Shown here: positions 60,630 to 64,000 of the stretch, in pieces | Layout of the letters: each line of letters starts with the position of its first letter | How positions within the stretch are numbered: the stretch's first letter is position 1 | Source of the DNA: Takakia lepidozioides | Taxonomy: Eukaryota; Plantae; Bryophyta | Length of the DNA: 64,000 nucleotides | Assembly: GCA_030704615.1 (NCBI GenBank) | Contig: CM060733.1 | Span: forward strand, 33,666,001-33,730,000 | Direction of reading: 5' to 3' | Made by a program: the position numbers and the translations under genes | Notes under the pieces: model-generated | What the model was told of the DNA's origin: nothing | Databases searched by the model: none | What the model saw: the letters and a program-made list of their open reading frames with translations, nothing else

Positions 60630-61560
60630 GAGGCTGTGGTTAAAGCTATGGCTTCTCAGCTGCACACTCCTGGTCTTCACAAAGAATTCCAAGTCACAAG
60701 ACATCAGATATAAGTGCAAAAAGGAGGTCCTTTGGATTCAGAGTCTGTTGGAGTACACATGGTGGAATACAAGGAAATGGTGAATGGATTGGTTCTAATT
60801 CTAGTGTGCGCACTAGAGCTCCATCGCAGTTTACAGTCAGGAGTCAAGACTTCGGTGTTATGGCAAATTATGTTCAAAGGACAAGGTCTTGTCAAATACA
60901 GGCTTTGGAGGAACTTGAGTAGCATGCACCATCAGCCTTGCTTGAAGGCTAGCTTTGACCACCACAAGCTCCTTCGTAACATCTGTAAGGTTTGCTAGGT
61001 TTTTATGTTTCTCATGTGCATGAGGCAGAGAGATTGTATGCATGCAGAAATGATTCCATAGCACCAATCGGAAACTGGCAACTTCTCATCTTCTTACAGT
61101 TCTTGCACGCAGCTCAAGCAGTGACCATACAGCGGCTCTGGCAGGAGTCAATCTCAGACTCTTCATAGTTGCGGGACAGGAGGTATGAGAAGGTGGGTTT
61201 ATCTTCATTGAGGATGTCAGAGAGTCTGTTGAGGAAAGCTGGTGACTATGCCTGGCATGCTGATGCTCTATGACTGGATTGTTCTACCAGATGCTTTCAG
61301 CAGCTGTAAGCTTTATCTTTGACGTGAAATAGCCACAAAAGAAAATCTTGCTGTTGCTATCAGTAGCTTGTTTGAGGTTGCTCAGTGCTGTGCTTGGAGC
61401 TGTGGTGGCTGTAGGCTGGTCCATGCAAGACTGTGGGTGAAGCTATGGCTGCCTGGCTGTGGTTTTGGCAGAAAAGGCCAAGATTGCCAGACTTCTGGTA
61501 TAGGTGCACAAAAGAGGCTCATTGGGATCAAGCGTTGGTCAAACTGTCCTCAGGTGAAAG
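60630..61560 (+). other. Two degenerate PDF-motif half-exons upstream of the second PPR
   Basis: NSKSQDIRYKCKKEVLW (~60685-60735) and KRPRLPDFWYRCTKEAHW (~61472-61525). Each is preceded by CTGTGG(G/T)T(A/G)AAG, as at 54573. Confidence 0.55.
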
Positions 61561-61981
61561 CAGGGCTAGCTGCCATGATACCCGATGGAGCCAAGCTGGT
61601 GGTGGTTCTGATGTTGATGTATACTTTGGAGCTCCAAGCCAAGAATACAACAGGTTTGTACCGATCATAATTTGTAGGTTCTAACATAAGAGCTAGAATT
61701 GTCTATTCTCGAGGTCCACCGTTGCAGTAGGTTTGTAACGTGGTAGCAACAAGTGCATCGGGATTTTTTTCTGAAGTATCAGGAAGCTTTGAGATTGTGT
61801 GTAAGTTTAACTGCAAAGATAGGTAACTAAGAGTTTGCAGTCATGCAGGATGGCTGAGGTAGGCGAGGCACAGCTTCTTTGACATCAGACTGGCGGCAGT
61901 GGTAGTACGTCCACCCTCACCACTGGTTTTGAAAGAGCAGCAAGAGAGGCAGTCAACGAGGACTCTTCTGACACTCGTGTG

Positions 61982-64000
61982 ATGGTGAGGACACTATTTA
62001 AGGCAGGACAACTGAAAGAGGTGCTGCACATTCTGAATCAACGAGCCATTTGGGCGGAGTCCACTACTTACATCCCTCTCTTGCAGGAGTGCATTAAACT
62101 GAAAGACCTAGCAGTGGGAAAGCAGGTGCACATCCATATTCTCAGAAGTGGATTGAAGCCCAGCATCTTTCTGTTGAACACCCTTGTCAACATGTATTCC
62201 AAATGTGGGAGTGTGGTGGATGCACGCCAAGTGTTTGACAAAATGCCTGAACGAGATATGATTACCTGGAATATTATGATAGCAGGATATACTCAGCATG
62301 GGTGTGGTAGGGAAGCTCTTGAGATATATAAGCAAATGCAAGAGGAAAGACTGGCACCCAACAAGGTCACATTCACTAGCATTCTCAATGCATGTGCTGG
62401 CCTGGGAGCCCTGGAAATGGGCAAAGAGGTCCATGCAGACTTCATCAACGCCAGAATCGTGCTAGATGTGATTCTGGAGACTGCTCTTATGGACATGTAT
62501 GCCAAATGCGGGAGCATGAAGGATGCACGCCAAGTGTTTGACAGTATGGCTATACGAAATATTGTCTCATGGAATGCAATGATTGCAGGATATGCTCAAC
62601 ATGGGTGCAGAAGAGAGGCTTTTGAGATCTATGAGAAAATGCAACAGGAAGGGATGACACCCAACAGGGTCACATTCATATGTGTTCTGAATGCGTGTGC
62701 CAGCCTAGGTGCTTTAGAGAAGGGCAAAGAGGTCCATGCTAACATCATAAAAGCTGGAATTGCTCCAAATTTGATCCTGGAAACTGCGCTCACCGACATG
62801 TATGCCAAATGTGGGAGCATGACCGAGGCACGTCGAGTATTTGACAATATGGCTCATCAAGATGTGGTATCGTGGAATGTGATGATTGCAGGATATGGTC
62901 AGCATGGGTGTGATAGGGAGGCTTTCCAGCTCTATAGCCAAATGACAAGCAAGGGGGTGCCTCCTGACAAGGTCACATTCATTTGTGCTCTGAATGTGTC
63001 TGCCAGCCTCAGAGCTCTGGATAAAGGCAAAGAGGTCCATGCTCAAATTAGCAAAAGTGGAATTGTGTCAGATATCATTCTGGGAAATACACTTGTTGGT
63101 ATGTATGCCAAATGTGGCAGCATAGATAGTGCACGACAAGTGTTTGATAGTATGGTTGAACAAGATGTGGTCTCATGGAATACAATGATCACAGGATATA
63201 CTCAGCATGGGTGTGGTAGGGAGGCTTTTGAGATCTATGAGCAAATGCAGCACAAAGGAGTGACAGCCAATAAGGTCACGTTTCTTTGTGTTCTAAGTGC
63301 ATGTGCCAGCCTAGGAGCCCTGAAAAAGGGCAAGCAGATACATGCTGACATCAGCAAAAGTCAAATTGCGGCAGATATCATCCTGGAGAACACCCTTCTT
63401 GACATGTATGCCAAGTGTGGGAGCATGAAGGATGCACGGCAAGTGTATGACAAAATGGCTCAACAAAATGTGGTATCAGGGAATGCCATGATTGCAGGAT
63501 ATGCTCAGCATGGGTATGGTAGGGAGGCCCTGCAACTATTTGAACAGTTGCAAGCGGAAGGCTTGAAGCCGGATAGTATCTCCTTTGTATCCGTTCTCTG
63601 TGCATGTAGCCATGCAGGCCTAGTGGACGAAGGCCATTACTACTTCGATTCCATGAGTCGAGATTATGGGATCAGTCCTACTTTGGAGCATTTTGGCTGC
63701 ATGGTGGACCTTCTTGGTCGTGCAGGACGATTAGATGAAGCAGAGGACTTTGTTAACAATATGCCAATGACACCAAGTGCTTCTGTGTGGGGAGCCTTGC
63801 TGGGTGCCTGCAAAATTCATGACGATGTGGAGGTAGCTGGACGGGCAGCAAAATGCCTTCTCAAGAGTGATCCACAAAATGCTGGGAGTTATGTCCTGCT
63901 TTCGAACAATTATGCTGCAGCTGGCAGGTGGGACAAAAAAGCGAATGTTAGGAAAACGGAGGACAGAGGTCCGAGAAAGGAGCCAGGAAGCAGCTGTATT
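61982..64000 (+). CDS. PLS-class PPR protein with E1/E2/E+ (organellar RNA-editing-factor type); runs off the window, DYW status unknown
   Basis: Open frame from ATG 61982 to the window end with PLS triplets, HFGCMVDLLGRAGRLDEAE, SVWGALLGACKIH, SYVLLSNNYAAAGRW, KEPGSSC (PG box). True 5' exons are unresolved. Confidence 0.9.
   Translation, partial: MVRTLFKAGQLKEVLHILNQRAIWAESTTYIPLLQECIKLKDLAVGKQVHIHILRSGLKPSIFLLNTLVNMYSKCGSVVDARQVFDKMPERDMITWNIMIAGYTQHGCGREALEIYKQMQEERLAPNKVTFTSILNACAGLGALEMGKEVHADFINARIVLDVILETALMDMYAKCGSMKDARQVFDSMAIRNIVSWNAMIAGYAQHGCRREAFEIYEKMQQEGMTPNRVTFICVLNACASLGALEKGKEVHANIIKAGIAPNLILETALTDMYAKCGSMTEARRVFDNMAHQDVVSWNVMIAGYGQHGCDREAFQLYSQMTSKGVPPDKVTFICALNVSASLRALDKGKEVHAQISKSGIVSDIILGNTLVGMYAKCGSIDSARQVFDSMVEQDVVSWNTMITGYTQHGCGREAFEIYEQMQHKGVTANKVTFLCVLSACASLGALKKGKQIHADISKSQIAADIILENTLLDMYAKCGSMKDARQVYDKMAQQNVVSGNAMIAGYAQHGYGREALQLFEQLQAEGLKPDSISFVSVLCACSHAGLVDEGHYYFDSMSRDYGISPTLEHFGCMVDLLGRAGRLDEAEDFVNNMPMTPSASVWGALLGACKIHDDVEVAGRAAKCLLKSDPQNAGSYVLLSNNYAAAGRWDKKANVRKTEDRGPRKEPGSSCI

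Noticed and set aside
55179-63605. Minus-strand ORFs over the PPR and hAT regions
   Set aside because: Antisense shadows of repetitive coding sequence.

Overview
Eukaryotic nuclear DNA from a land plant, most likely a bryophyte/moss. This is inferred from the PLS-class PPR expansion, GT-AG introns and a Tcn1/Tf1-like Ty3 element. Positions 1-41.8 kb are largely nested, degenerate transposons (hAT, CACTA end, PIF-like, MULE-like foldback, Ty3/Gypsy, LINEs, tRNA-SINEs, MITEs). They surround PPR pseudogenes, an intact secreted GNA-type (bulb) lectin and a disrupted OSB-type PDF-repeat gene. Positions 42-64 kb are gene-rich: SEC61-gamma, an intronless FIP2/KCTD9-like BTB-pentapeptide gene, a multi-exon minus-strand membrane protein, and two PLS-PPR genes separated by a hAT. 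The most interesting candidates are: (1) the membrane protein, whose hand-spliced C-terminal half resembles PHTF, i.e. the insect odorant/gustatory-receptor-like 7TM ion-channel superfamily; (2) PPR editing-type genes preceded by exons encoding OSB-type PDF ssDNA-binding motifs; (3) a head-to-tail array of ~250-bp units, each ending in an 18-bp hairpin plus a CTRR|TC junction (rolling-circle-like); (4) MITEs with TTAA (piggyBac-like) or non-specific 4-bp (Sola-like) target duplications; (5) a dUTPase-like domain in a Gypsy pol. All assignments come from reading the sequence by eye; no database searches were run.
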